Source: Planctomycetota bacterium | Lineage (GTDB): Bacteria; Planctomycetota; UBA1135; UBA2386 | DNA length: 64,000 nucleotides | NCBI GenBank assembly: GCA_016872675.1 | Contig: VGZG01000010.1 | Coordinates: 272 to 64,271 of the forward strand | Reading direction: 5' to 3' | Shown: positions 8,323-17,658 of the stretch, one piece after another | Layout: each line of letters opens with the position of its first letter | How positions within the stretch are numbered: the stretch's first letter is position 1 | The notes under the pieces: generated by a model | Database searches by the model: none | What the model was told of the DNA's origin: nothing | Seen by the model: the letters and a program-made list of their open reading frames with translations, nothing else | Program-made: the position numbers and the translations under genes

Positions 8323-10164
8323 ATGTCCCTCGGTAGCACGCTTCTCGCCGCGCTCGGCATCGGCTTCCTGATCTTCATCCACGAGCTCGGCCACTTCCTC
8401 GCTGCGCGCACCGCCGGCGTGAAGGTGGACGTCTTCAGCCTCGGCTTCGGGCCGCGACTCTGTGGCTTCACATGGCAAGGCACCGACTTCCGCCTCGCCC
8501 TAGTGCCTTTCGGCGGCTACGTCATGGTCGCCGGCATGGACGCCGCCGACCGCCGCTACGGCGCCAGCGCCTCCCTCTGGGGCAAGCCGATCGGCAAGCG
8601 CGCGCTGTTCTGGTCGGGCGGCGTGCTGATGAACTTCGCCTTCGCGCTCGTCGCGTTCCCGCTGGCGCTGTTGTCGGGCGTCGACTTCACCGCGCCAATC
8701 GTCGGCACCGTGCAGCCCGGTGGCGCCGCCTGGGAGGCCGACATCGTCAGCGGCGACCGCTTGGTCGCCATTGCCGGCAAGCCGGTCTACTCGTTCGACA
8801 ACGCGCTCGTCGAGATCGCCCTCGCCGGCCATCGGCCCGTCGCACTCACCGTGCGCGGCGAAGGCGGCGCCGACCGCGCAGTCGTGGTGTCGCCGCGCTG
8901 GAGCGCCGTCGACGGTCGCTACGAACTCGGCGTGCAACCGGCAATCGTCGACGACGACGCGCCGCTGCTGGCCGTCATGCCCAGCGGCGCGGCGGCCCGC
9001 GCCGGGATTACCGATGGCAGCGCACTGATCGCCATCAATGGCGTCGGCGCCGTCGGCGCCACGCTGCCCGCGGCGGTGCGGCAACTCGTTCGCGACGACG
9101 GCGCCCCGGTCACCTTCAGCGTGCGCGACGACAGCGGCGAACGCGATGTCGTCGTGACCCCCTCTCTGCTGCCGAACGACGGCCCCTGGCGCATCGGCTG
9201 CCTGCCGCACGCCCGCGTCGTGCTGGCGGTCCGCGCCAGCGTCGACGTCGCCGCGCGGCTGGGCTTGCGCCAGGGCGACGTCGTGCTCGCGATCGACGGT
9301 CGCCCCTTCGTCGTCGACAGCCTGGAAGGCCATCGCATCGGCCCACTGGACCTGAAGGTGGCGGTGCGCCGCGACGGCGCCATCGTCGACCTGTCGACGT
9401 CAGCCAGCCGCGAAGACCGCGAGGCCTTCGTCGCTGCGGTAGCGCTGGGCCCGGACGACGCCGCGCTCGTGCAGCCGATGCCCGGCCTGCCGGGCGCCGC
9501 GGTTGGACTGCAGTCCGGCGACCGCATCGACGCCGTCGACGGCGAGCCCGTCGCGGACTTCGTCGGCTTGCGCGACGCCATCGAACGCAGCGCCGGCAGG
9601 GAAGTGACGCTGACCGTTCGCCGTGCCCGCCGCGACAGCGTCGACCGCGAGCGCGCGGAGCTGACCTACGAACCGCCGCAGGCCGTGCGCCTCACGCCGA
9701 TCCGCCCCCCGACGTACGACTTCGGCGCCACGCCCACGATCGCCAATCGCAACGAACGGGTGCAAGCGGACACGATGTCGAGCGCGCTGGCGATGGGCGG
9801 CACAATGTCACTCGACCTGATCAAGCAGTTGTACGTCACCACCAAGCGGCTGCTGACGGGCGACGTCGGCGCGCAGAACCTAGGTGGCATCATCCGCATC
9901 GGCCAGATCAGCTATCGCGCCGCCGAGCGCGGACCGACGTGGCTGCTGTACCTGCTGGCGATGCTCAGCATGAACCTCGCATTCGTGAACCTGCTGCCGG
10001 TGCCGATCCTCGACGGCGGCCACCTCGTCTTCCTGGCCATCGAAGCCGCGAAGGGCTCACCAGTGAGCCCGCGCGTGCACAACTACAGCCAAATGGCTGG
10101 ACTCGTCTTCGTGCTCTTCCTCGTGTTGTTCGTCACCTACAACGACATCCTGCAGCTGCTGTGA
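8323..10164 (+). CDS. rseP: RIP (site-2) zinc metalloprotease RseP with multiple PDZ-like domains
   Basis: The HELGH zinc motif sits in the first TM region (IFIHELGHFLAAR). Several PDZ-like segments follow (GDRLVAIAGKPV, GDVVLAIDGRP, GDRIDAVDGEPV). The C-terminus carries NLLPVPILDGGH. Confidence 0.9.
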   Translation: MSLGSTLLAALGIGFLIFIHELGHFLAARTAGVKVDVFSLGFGPRLCGFTWQGTDFRLALVPFGGYVMVAGMDAADRRYGASASLWGKPIGKRALFWSGGVLMNFAFALVAFPLALLSGVDFTAPIVGTVQPGGAAWEADIVSGDRLVAIAGKPVYSFDNALVEIALAGHRPVALTVRGEGGADRAVVVSPRWSAVDGRYELGVQPAIVDDDAPLLAVMPSGAAARAGITDGSALIAINGVGAVGATLPAAVRQLVRDDGAPVTFSVRDDSGERDVVVTPSLLPNDGPWRIGCLPHARVVLAVRASVDVAARLGLRQGDVVLAIDGRPFVVDSLEGHRIGPLDLKVAVRRDGAIVDLSTSASREDREAFVAAVALGPDDAALVQPMPGLPGAAVGLQSGDRIDAVDGEPVADFVGLRDAIERSAGREVTLTVRRARRDSVDRERAELTYEPPQAVRLTPIRPPTYDFGATPTIANRNERVQADTMSSALAMGGTMSLDLIKQLYVTTKRLLTGDVGAQNLGGIIRIGQISYRAAERGPTWLLYLLAMLSMNLAFVNLLPVPILDGGHLVFLAIEAAKGSPVSPRVHNYSQMAGLVFVLFLVLFVTYNDILQLL

Positions 10165-11033
10165 CCGCCGCCGTCCCTCGTCCGCTGCTCGGGACGCTGC
10201 GCCTGCTGCGCGTCGGCACGCTGTTCTCGCCCGCGGCCGACGTCCTCGCAGCTGCGTGCGTCGCCCGCCTGCCGCTCGACGCGACCGTCGCGCGCGCCGC
10301 CGTGGCGAGCGTCTGCCTGTACGCCGCCGGCATGGTCTGGAACGACGTCGCCGACCGCCGCGTCGACGCAGCGCAGCGACCAGAACGACCGTTGGTGCGC
10401 GGCGATGTGCCGCTCGCCTTTGCGCTGGCGCTCGGCGTGGCGCTGCTCGCCGGCGGCGTGCTGCTGTCGCCGTGCCCAACCCACCACGGGCTGATCGCCG
10501 CGCTTGTGCTGGCCTACGACTTCGGCAGCAAGCGCGCGCCGCTGCTCGGCGTGCTGTTGATGGGCACGTTGCGCGGGCTCAACCTAGGCGTCGGCCTCGC
10601 GCTCGCGCCGACCGCCCCGCCCACCGTGCGCGAAGCCTTGCTCGTCGCCGCGGCCTGCTACGGCGTCTACATCGCGGCGGTGACCATGCTGGGCATCTTC
10701 GAGGACGTGCCAAACGTCCGCGGGCGCGCCGTCGCGTCGCTGCAGACCGCGCCGCCGCTGGTGGCGCTGTTCGCGCTGGCCATCGTGCAAGGCGGCGCGT
10801 GGCCAGCCCCGGTCCTCTTTGCGGCGCCAGCGGCGTGGTTCCTGCGCCGCAACACGCGCCTGCGCGCCTGGCCGCAGGCGGAGATCCGCCGATCGATGGG
10901 CTACCTGTTGCTCGGCACGATGCTCTACACGGGCGGACTGGCGCTCGCTGCCGGTCGCGCCGACGTCGCCGCCGCCATCGTGCTCGCCATCGCTCCGGCG
11001 CGGTGGATCGCGCGCCGCATCGCGCTCACTTGA
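10161..11033 (+). CDS. UbiA-family aromatic/isoprenoid prenyltransferase
   Basis: GTG start overlaps the rseP stop (GTGA). It has the NDVADRRVD motif (NxxxDxxxD), RPLVRGDV and about 8 hydrophobic helices. It is the only credible part of the 853-aa track ORF. Confidence 0.75.
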   Translation: MTAAVPRPLLGTLRLLRVGTLFSPAADVLAAACVARLPLDATVARAAVASVCLYAAGMVWNDVADRRVDAAQRPERPLVRGDVPLAFALALGVALLAGGVLLSPCPTHHGLIAALVLAYDFGSKRAPLLGVLLMGTLRGLNLGVGLALAPTAPPTVREALLVAAACYGVYIAAVTMLGIFEDVPNVRGRAVASLQTAPPLVALFALAIVQGGAWPAPVLFAAPAAWFLRRNTRLRAWPQAEIRRSMGYLLLGTMLYTGGLALAAGRADVAAAIVLAIAPARWIARRIALT

Positions 11034-11039
11034 GCCGCG

Positions 11040-11885
11040 TCAGCGGCCGCCGCGCGTCTCGATCTTCACCTGCCATGCCGCTAACGCCTCTGCGCGGGTC
11101 ATCTGGCCTTGACGCACCAGCGTCTTGAGCGCGTCGCGGAAGCGCTCCATCTCTTGCGCGTCGGCCTCGGTCGCGACCGGCGCAACGGCCGTCGGGCGAC
11201 TGCCTGGCACCGACGCCGGCGGCAGCATGGCCTCCGGCACGATCGGGGCCGTCAGCGGCGCCGGCTCGTCGTCGGACATCGTGTCCTCGTCGTCCTCCAA
11301 CTCGATCAGCGCCACGGCTGGCTGATCGATCGGCACGACGCCCTGGCCGTCATCCCGGCGCATCGTGCCGATGCGGCTCTTGAATTCGCGCTGGACCTCG
11401 TCGACATCGGTCTGGAACGGATCCTGACCGACGTGCTTGCCGCCGACGGCCGCGGTGCCCGCGAAGCGGAACTCGTCGAGCATCCTGCCGACGATGTTGC
11501 CGATGCTCGGCTCGACCTCCGTCTCGGTGACCTGGCCGCGCTGGTCGCGCATCATCTTCACGAGGAAGGAATTCGTGCGCGTCAAGGCGTCGACGAGGAA
11601 CGCCTCCATGTCCTTCGCGACGCGCTGCGCGACCTCGGCTTCGGCGTCGCGGGAGACGCGCTCGACGATCGACTTGGCGCGGGCCATCGCTGTGGCGAAG
11701 AAGTCGTGCACCTCGCGCGTCAACTTCTTGTCGCGCAATTCGCGACGCTCGACCTGCTGCAACTCGCGCAACGCCTCGCCGGCGAATTCCTGCTCCGCAG
11801 TCACCAGCCCCGGGCGCGGCTGCGCGCGCTTGCGCGCTTTGCGGAAGCGTTCGAAGTCCTCGTCCTCCAGGCTGCGCAGCGACAT
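11040..11885 (-). CDS. Hypothetical acidic, charged helical protein
   Basis: ATG start and G/C-rich third positions. The N-terminal half is rich in charged helix-forming residues, followed by an acidic/Pro-rich linker. No family was recognised. Confidence 0.5.
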   Translation of the reverse strand: MSLRSLEDEDFERFRKARKRAQPRPGLVTAEQEFAGEALRELQQVERRELRDKKLTREVHDFFATAMARAKSIVERVSRDAEAEVAQRVAKDMEAFLVDALTRTNSFLVKMMRDQRGQVTETEVEPSIGNIVGRMLDEFRFAGTAAVGGKHVGQDPFQTDVDEVQREFKSRIGTMRRDDGQGVVPIDQPAVALIELEDDEDTMSDDEPAPLTAPIVPEAMLPPASVPGSRPTAVAPVATEADAQEMERFRDALKTLVRQGQMTRAEALAAWQVKIETRGGR

Positions 11886-12026
11886 GCGGCCCTCCGGCCT
11901 GTCAGGCCTCTCCCCGGCGCGGTCATCGGGAGTCCGTCGTCACCGCTTGATCCCGTGCTTGGCCGTCGTCGCCGCAGGAGACGAAAGGACTTGGCTTCGG
12001 CAGCAGCCGGCGGAGAATCCGCTGCC

Positions 12027-12632
12027 ATGGCGGACATGCGACCTGCTGGGTTGGGCCCCATGGCATGGCATCTTGGCCTCGGCGCTCTGCTGGTCGCGGC
12101 AAGCCTAGGCTTGCCGTGGTGGTCGGCGGCGCGCACGGCGCGCGCCGAGTCCCGCGCTGGCATGATCGTCGAACTGCTGCTCGAGGCAGGCCACGAGGTC
12201 GGACGCGACGGCCCGCCCGATCCCGAAGTGGCCTTCGCCCGTCTGCTGATGTTGGCCCGCGCTCGCGACGTCTTCCTCGGCGACCTGGAAATGGCTGCAG
12301 TCGATGACGAGCCCTGGGTCGTCGCGATCAGCAAGCACTATGCGTTCCGCTTGGCCCCTATTCCCGTGGACGCTGAGTCGCGAAGCGCTGTTGGTTCGTC
12401 GCCGGGCGTAGCGGCCCTGGCTTGGCCAATTGCCGCCACCGGCCCTGCGCACACCATGTTCTACGCGCCGGAGGACGGCGCTCGCGCGTACACACGCAAC
12501 CTCACGATCAACGCCTTCGGATTCGCTGACCGCCGCCCATCGCAACAGGCGGGACGCCGACGCGCGCGGAACCCATTCGACACGCGCCTTGCCTACCGGA
12601 GTCAAGACGACGAACGCTGGATCATCTACTGA
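12027..12632 (+). CDS. Hypothetical membrane-anchored protein
   Basis: This is the in-frame ATG within the 507-aa track ORF, whose 5' part is antisense to the previous gene. One N-terminal hydrophobic helix is present (WHLGLGALLVAASLGLPWW). No family was recognised. Confidence 0.45.
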   Translation: MADMRPAGLGPMAWHLGLGALLVAASLGLPWWSAARTARAESRAGMIVELLLEAGHEVGRDGPPDPEVAFARLLMLARARDVFLGDLEMAAVDDEPWVVAISKHYAFRLAPIPVDAESRSAVGSSPGVAALAWPIAATGPAHTMFYAPEDGARAYTRNLTINAFGFADRRPSQQAGRRRARNPFDTRLAYRSQDDERWIIY

Positions 12633-12710
12633 GATGGCCTTTGGCGGCCGCGTGCGCGGCCGTGACGAACCGGCGCAGCGTCGGCGTGACCGCGGCAGCG
12701 AGCCGTCGGG

Positions 12711-14444
12711 CTAGAACGCGTCAGTCAGGAAGTCCGCGAAGAGCGCGCGCAAGCCTGCCTGCTCCTCGACGAGCGAGTTCTTGAGCCGCATCACGTCCTC
12801 CAAGGTCAGCCATCGCCGCGCCAATTGGTTGAGCGCGCATAGGCGCAATTGCGGCAACTCGGCGCGGTCGAACAGGATTTCGCGCAATGGCGCCACGCAC
12901 TCCTGCTGCAGCGCTCGATCCGTCCGGTCCGCGGCGATTCCCGCAAGCGTCGGCAAAAGCGCGGCGCGCAGTTGCCACTCGTCCTTGGGCATGGCGCGAA
13001 AGCCGGCGATGACAACACGTTCGGAGCCGCGCAGATTCAGCATCAGCGTCGGCAGGTAGCTGCGCGTCGTCAGTTGCATCGCGCTGCGGCCGACGACCTT
13101 CTCGGGGCCCCGGAGGATCGTCAGCAAGGCCGCCGCCGCAGCGTCGCTATGGTTCATGGCCAACGCCTGCAGGAACGGCCGCGACTCGCCTTCCGGCGCC
13201 TTTTGAAAGCGCTCGAGCAGCACCGGCACGGCGCGCGGATCGCCGCTGGCGGTCAGGTCGTTCAGCACCTGCTGTAACCGCGTGCCGCTCGCCAACGGAG
13301 CTTCTTCGAGCAGCACGTCGACTGTCTTGCCGCGGCCGCGGCGGGTCAGCTCGCGCAGCGCGATCGCGCGCGCTTCCCAGCCGTCCTCGGCGGTCACGAG
13401 CAGTTCGTAGCACGACGCGACGTCGTCGCCGTCGACGGAGGCCAGAGCCTTGGCCAGCTCGAGACGGACGTCCTGCCGCGGGTGCGTCGCCAGCGCGAGC
13501 AGCTTGTCACGCAGCGGGCCCAGTTCGCCGCGCGCGCAGTGGCGCACGGCAAGCTGCATGCGCTCGAAGTCCCCGCCGTCGAAGCTAGCGAGCAGCCACG
13601 TAGTGCCGCGCGTGTCGCCGGCGGCGTGCAGAACGCCGGCGATGATCGCCTTGAACTCGCCCACCGCCTGCTCCCAGCGTCCGCCGAGGACGCTTGCGGC
13701 CTCTCCGGCGGGCAACTGCATAGCTTCCTTGACTGCGATGTCGCGCACCTGCGTCGGGTACTCGGCCATCACCACGGCGGTGAGCATTCGCAGGCACTCG
13801 CCGCGCGGCAGACGCTCGCGCGCCGCCCGCAGCCAAGCCGCACGGGCGCGACCGTCCATGCGATCGAAAGCGGCGCCGAGCTCGCGCACCGTGTCGACCG
13901 TGCCGGACATCGCAATGCTGCAGAAGGCTGCCTGACGCACGGTCGGATTGGGGTGCTGCAAGGCGCGCCGCAGCGCTCCGTCGAGGCCCTCGTTGCGCAT
14001 AAGGCCCATCGCTTCGACGCAGTTCCTCACCGCGTCGTCGAGGCCGGGCTTGCCGAACGCTCGGTCCATCGCCTCCACCAAGGGCGCGACGGCGTCCTCG
14101 GGGGCGCGCGGAAAGAAGTCGGTCGCGATCAGCCATGCCTCGCGCCGCACGCCGCCGTGCAGGTTGCTGGCGAGGCGCTCCAAGGCCTGTCGGCGCGTGC
14201 GCACATATTCGCGCCCAACCATCGGCGGATAGGCGAGTTCGACCGGGAAGTCGGCGTGGAACGGCGCCAGCTTGTACGGGTTCGCCGCTAGCGGCACGCC
14301 GTCGATGGCTTGCGCCAGCAGGCACGGACAGACGGCGAGATGCGAGCAGAACAGCGCGCCAACGCGCGCCAGCGGCGACGACCGGAAGACCATCGGAGTG
14401 TGGCTAGCCTTGACGCCTGGACAGGTCACGGCGCTGGGCGGCAC
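12711..14444 (-). CDS. Secreted HEAT-repeat protein
   Basis: PBS-lyase/HEAT-like units are present (LQHPNPTVRQAAFCSIAMSG, THPRQDVRLELAKALASVDG, SGDPRAVPVLLERF). The track start is GTG 14444. ATG 14393 would give a signal-like N-terminus (MVFRSSPLARVGALFCSHLAVCPCLLAQA). Confidence 0.7.
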   Translation of the reverse strand: MPPSAVTCPGVKASHTPMVFRSSPLARVGALFCSHLAVCPCLLAQAIDGVPLAANPYKLAPFHADFPVELAYPPMVGREYVRTRRQALERLASNLHGGVRREAWLIATDFFPRAPEDAVAPLVEAMDRAFGKPGLDDAVRNCVEAMGLMRNEGLDGALRRALQHPNPTVRQAAFCSIAMSGTVDTVRELGAAFDRMDGRARAAWLRAARERLPRGECLRMLTAVVMAEYPTQVRDIAVKEAMQLPAGEAASVLGGRWEQAVGEFKAIIAGVLHAAGDTRGTTWLLASFDGGDFERMQLAVRHCARGELGPLRDKLLALATHPRQDVRLELAKALASVDGDDVASCYELLVTAEDGWEARAIALRELTRRGRGKTVDVLLEEAPLASGTRLQQVLNDLTASGDPRAVPVLLERFQKAPEGESRPFLQALAMNHSDAAAAALLTILRGPEKVVGRSAMQLTTRSYLPTLMLNLRGSERVVIAGFRAMPKDEWQLRAALLPTLAGIAADRTDRALQQECVAPLREILFDRAELPQLRLCALNQLARRWLTLEDVMRLKNSLVEEQAGLRALFADFLTDAF

Positions 14445-14480
14445 GCTACCGCGACATCGGCTGCTACGGCAACGCGCCGC

Positions 14481-15953
14481 TCAGGATCCGGCGCGGCGCC
14501 GCCCCGCGTCGTCCTCCCCGGCGCAGGCAGCGTAGGCGGTGGCGAGGCACAGCACGAATGCGCCCGCATCGGCGACGTCGGCGGGCGCCGGCAGCACGGC
14601 GAGTTCGCGCAGTTCGGACTGCAGGCGGGTGTGGCCGCAACGACCGGGCTCGATCGCCCAGGCGAACTGGTGGCAGAGACGGAAGTTCGGCGCCAATCGG
14701 GCCGGCCGCCAACGTCGCAGGTCGCGCTCCAATTGCTCGCGCTCGTCGGCCGGTAGCACATCGGCGCCGCCGTACAGGACGCCGGCGACGAGTTCCGGGC
14801 TGTCGACGCCTTGCGCCCGGCGATCGCGCAGCGCGCCGACCAACAGGCTGCGAGCCAGCTTGCAGCGATTGGCCTCGAGTCCGAACGCCGGCAGCCGACC
14901 GATTACGCGCGCCGCTTCGGCAACCACCAGGACCGGCGCCGCCGGCGCGAGCATCGCGGGCAGCCGCCGCGACCAGTTGTCGTTGTCGATGGTGAGCAGC
15001 CCATCGACTAACCGTGAGCCGTGCGCGCGCACAACGTCGAGAACCGCCGCATCGACGATCGAGGCGTCGCAGAGCGCCGCGATGCCGGCCACGAGGCGTT
15101 CCTCGTTCGCAGTCGGCAACTCGACGGCAAGGCGCGCAGCGCCGGCACGGATCGCCGCGAGCCGCACCGCGTCGGCGCCGCCAGCGCCGACGATGGCGCG
15201 AACGGCATACGCGACGGCGTAGAACCCGGCGTCATCGCCGTCGGCGGCGAGCAGGCTGGCGGCGAGTTCGTCGGCCAGTTGCTGGATGCGCGCGTCGGCG
15301 GCCGGCAAGCCGCCACGCCGCCGCGACGCGTCGCGGCGGAACTCGGCGTCCGCCCGCAGTTCGTGCTCCAGACGCTGCAACGCCAGCGCGTTGCGCGGAT
15401 CCAGCCAGCCACGCAAACGGTCGGGAGCGTCGCCAAGACCGGCGTCGAGCGCCTCGCGCAACCGCGGCGCCGCTTCCTGGTCGAGACGCCGGCGGATGGC
15501 GTCGAGGTCGTGCTGCCACGTCACCGCGCGGGCATCGGGAATCACGTCCGGCACGAACATGTCAGCGACGGGCGTCGGCGAGCGCTGCAACACGAACTCC
15601 GCCAGCGGCGCGTCGTCAGCGCGCGGCGGACTGGCGAGCGGATCGTGATACCAAAGCAGCGCGGCGACCGCCGCCGCTGCGGCGACGCCCCACGGCCAAC
15701 CGCGCCACGGCGACGTGGGAAGCGCGACGCGCTCGGCGGCGCGCCAGCACAGTTCGTTGAGCCCGATGACGTACGTCGGACCAGCCTCGACGCGCAGCGC
15801 ACGCACGCCTTGCACGAATGCCACTTCCTCGGCGACCGCCAGCAAGGCCAGCGGATCGCGGTCCATGCGCGCGCGCGCTGCCGCCAGTTCCTCTGGTTTG
15901 CCCTGGCCGAGCGCCACGTCGATCGGCGTCAGCTCGGCAGCCGGATCGCTCAT
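14481..15953 (-). CDS. Putative anti-sigma factor / ECF-associated membrane protein
   Basis: ATGA overlap with the stop of the ECF sigma gene. It has a short cytoplasmic N-terminus, one TM helix (WPWGVAAAAAVAALLWY) and a roughly 390-aa Ala/Leu/Arg-rich helical extracytoplasmic part. The function is inferred from position only. Confidence 0.5.
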   Translation of the reverse strand: MSDPAAELTPIDVALGQGKPEELAAARARMDRDPLALLAVAEEVAFVQGVRALRVEAGPTYVIGLNELCWRAAERVALPTSPWRGWPWGVAAAAAVAALLWYHDPLASPPRADDAPLAEFVLQRSPTPVADMFVPDVIPDARAVTWQHDLDAIRRRLDQEAAPRLREALDAGLGDAPDRLRGWLDPRNALALQRLEHELRADAEFRRDASRRRGGLPAADARIQQLADELAASLLAADGDDAGFYAVAYAVRAIVGAGGADAVRLAAIRAGAARLAVELPTANEERLVAGIAALCDASIVDAAVLDVVRAHGSRLVDGLLTIDNDNWSRRLPAMLAPAAPVLVVAEAARVIGRLPAFGLEANRCKLARSLLVGALRDRRAQGVDSPELVAGVLYGGADVLPADEREQLERDLRRWRPARLAPNFRLCHQFAWAIEPGRCGHTRLQSELRELAVLPAPADVADAGAFVLCLATAYAACAGEDDAGRRRAGS

Positions 15954-16591
15954 CGCTCGCCCCCGACTTGCCGCGTCGCATCCTCGTTCCCGGCGCCGAT
16001 GAGCGCCTGCTTCAACGCTGCGATGGCGTTGTGCATGCGCGACTTGACCGTACCGACTGGTATCTGCAGCAAGTCGCTGATCTCGGCGTATGGCCGCTCC
16101 TGGTAAACCGCCAACTCGAACACGAGTCGGTGCGGCTCCGTCAGTCGCTCGAGCGCGCGGCGCAGCGCCGCCTTCTCCTCGCCGTCGACGAGCGACTGCA
16201 TCGGCGACAGCGTCGGACCGGCCGGCTCGACCGTCGACGCCGCGTCATCGTCGGGCAGCATCACCTGGTCATACGACAGGAGCCGCGGCCGTGGTTTCTG
16301 GGCGCGGTAGTGATCGATCCAGAGGTTGGTCGCGCAGCGGTAGACAAAGGTCGCCATGCGGCCTTCGGGCCGATAGCGCTTGCTCGCCAGCATCAGCTTG
16401 AGGAACAGATCCTGCGCCAGGTCTTCGGCGCGATCGCGGTCCCAGCACAGCCGATAGAAGAACTGCAGCATCCGGTCGCGATAGGCGTCGACCAGCTGCC
16501 GGAAAGCCTGCCCGTCGCCGTCGCGGTAGCGGGCGAGGAGGTCGACCTCGCCCTTCTGGCCGCCAACCGGAATGTGCGAGACATGCTGCAC
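15950..16591 (-). CDS. ECF-type RNA polymerase sigma-70 family factor
   Basis: Region 2 text is FRQLVDAYRDRMLQFFYRLCWDRDRAEDLAQDLFLKL. Region 4 HTH is PYAEISDLLQIPVGTVKSRMHNAIAALK. GTG start. Confidence 0.85.
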   Translation of the reverse strand: MQHVSHIPVGGQKGEVDLLARYRDGDGQAFRQLVDAYRDRMLQFFYRLCWDRDRAEDLAQDLFLKLMLASKRYRPEGRMATFVYRCATNLWIDHYRAQKPRPRLLSYDQVMLPDDDAASTVEPAGPTLSPMQSLVDGEEKAALRRALERLTEPHRLVFELAVYQERPYAEISDLLQIPVGTVKSRMHNAIAALKQALIGAGNEDATRQVGGER

Positions 16592-16639
16592 GGGTGGACC
16601 GCGGGAATAGCCCCGACAACGGCGTGGCGTCGTTCGGGT

Positions 16640-17134
16640 TCAGAACATCTTCGGCAGGTTGGCCAGCCATGGGAAGCCGCCGCCTGCCGGGGGTCGCAGC
16701 ACGGCCCGCCTGCCGCCGTTGGGCACGACGGCGACATCGACCCACAACGTCTTGGCCGGCATCAAGTTGCAGATGCGGTCGGCCCATTCGACGACGGCAA
16801 CTGCGGCCGGCTCGAACAGGTACTCCAGCCCGCCGTCGGCCAGGAACCCCTGCAACTTTGCCGGCAGGTAGGCGTCGGCGTGCAGCAGGCGCACCGGCCC
16901 GGCGTGTTCGATGACCAGCAGGTAGGTCGGGCTGCTGATCGCATCGGGATCGTCGAGGCCAAGGCCGTGCGCCATGCCGCGCACGAGACTGGTCTTGCCA
17001 GCGCCCAAGTCGCCAACGAGTCCGACGGCGTCGCCTGCGCGCAGGCGCGCACCGAGCCAACGACCGAGACGGTCAGTCGCCGCCGCGTCGGGCAGCGTGA
17101 CCTCGACACCCTTGGCCAAGCCGTCAGCGGCCAT
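16640..17134 (-). CDS. tsaE: tRNA threonylcarbamoyladenosine biosynthesis ATPase TsaE
   Basis: P-loop GDLGAGKTSLVRG, SPTYLLVIEH, HADAYL, and the typical size of about 160 aa. Confidence 0.85.
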   Translation of the reverse strand: MAADGLAKGVEVTLPDAAATDRLGRWLGARLRAGDAVGLVGDLGAGKTSLVRGMAHGLGLDDPDAISSPTYLLVIEHAGPVRLLHADAYLPAKLQGFLADGGLEYLFEPAAVAVVEWADRICNLMPAKTLWVDVAVVPNGGRRAVLRPPAGGGFPWLANLPKMF

Positions 17135-17603
17135 CGCCGATCCGATCGCCCTCGGGCTGGAAGACGACCATGACCGTGCTCACGAGCGCCGCCCGCGGCA
17201 AGGGGCCGAAGTGCCGGCTGTCGCGGAAGCCGGTGAACGGATCGGGATGCTCAACGCGCAGTTGCCGGTCGTCGAGCGCGGCGATGCGCGAGAGAACGCG
17301 ACCGTCAGGCGTGTCGACGAAGACGTCACTGCCGACGCGCGCGCCAATCGACCAGCGGTCGACGATGCACCACGCGCCGGGCGGGATGCCGGGCACGGTC
17401 GCCATGCCGGCGGGCACCCACGCGGCGCCGAACTGCAGCAGGAACCACGTGAACGCCGCGACGGCGAGCAGGCTCGCCCACCGGCGCAACCGCTTCGCCA
17501 AACGCAGCATGTCGAGGCCTTGCGGCCGCGCGCGCGCCACGGTGCCGGAGACCGCCATGGCGGCAGTATGCGCCGCGCGACTGCTCGCGCCAACGATGGC
17601 CAT
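17124..17603 (-). CDS. Signal peptidase I (S26)-like membrane protein, possibly catalytically inactive
   Basis: One TM helix (ASLLAVAAFTWFLLQF). Box-E-like FRDSRHFGPLPRAALVSTVMVVF and box-C-like GSDVFV are present. The expected SM(x)PT Ser and the KR Lys positions read AGMATVP and LSRIAAL. An alternative start is ATG 17510. It overlaps tsaE by 11 nt. Confidence 0.55.
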   Translation of the reverse strand: MAIVGASSRAAHTAAMAVSGTVARARPQGLDMLRLAKRLRRWASLLAVAAFTWFLLQFGAAWVPAGMATVPGIPPGAWCIVDRWSIGARVGSDVFVDTPDGRVLSRIAALDDRQLRVEHPDPFTGFRDSRHFGPLPRAALVSTVMVVFQPEGDRIGDGR

Positions 17604-17658
17604 CCGCCTGCGCCAAGGGTGGCCATAGCGACCGCCAGACGCACCGTGCCACAGCGGC

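Noticed and set aside
8472-10160. The first 563 codons of the 853-aa plus-strand ORF.
   Set aside because: They run out of frame over rseP and are Arg/Pro/Ala-rich with no motifs. Only the segment after the rseP stop (from GTG 10161) has UbiA-family features.
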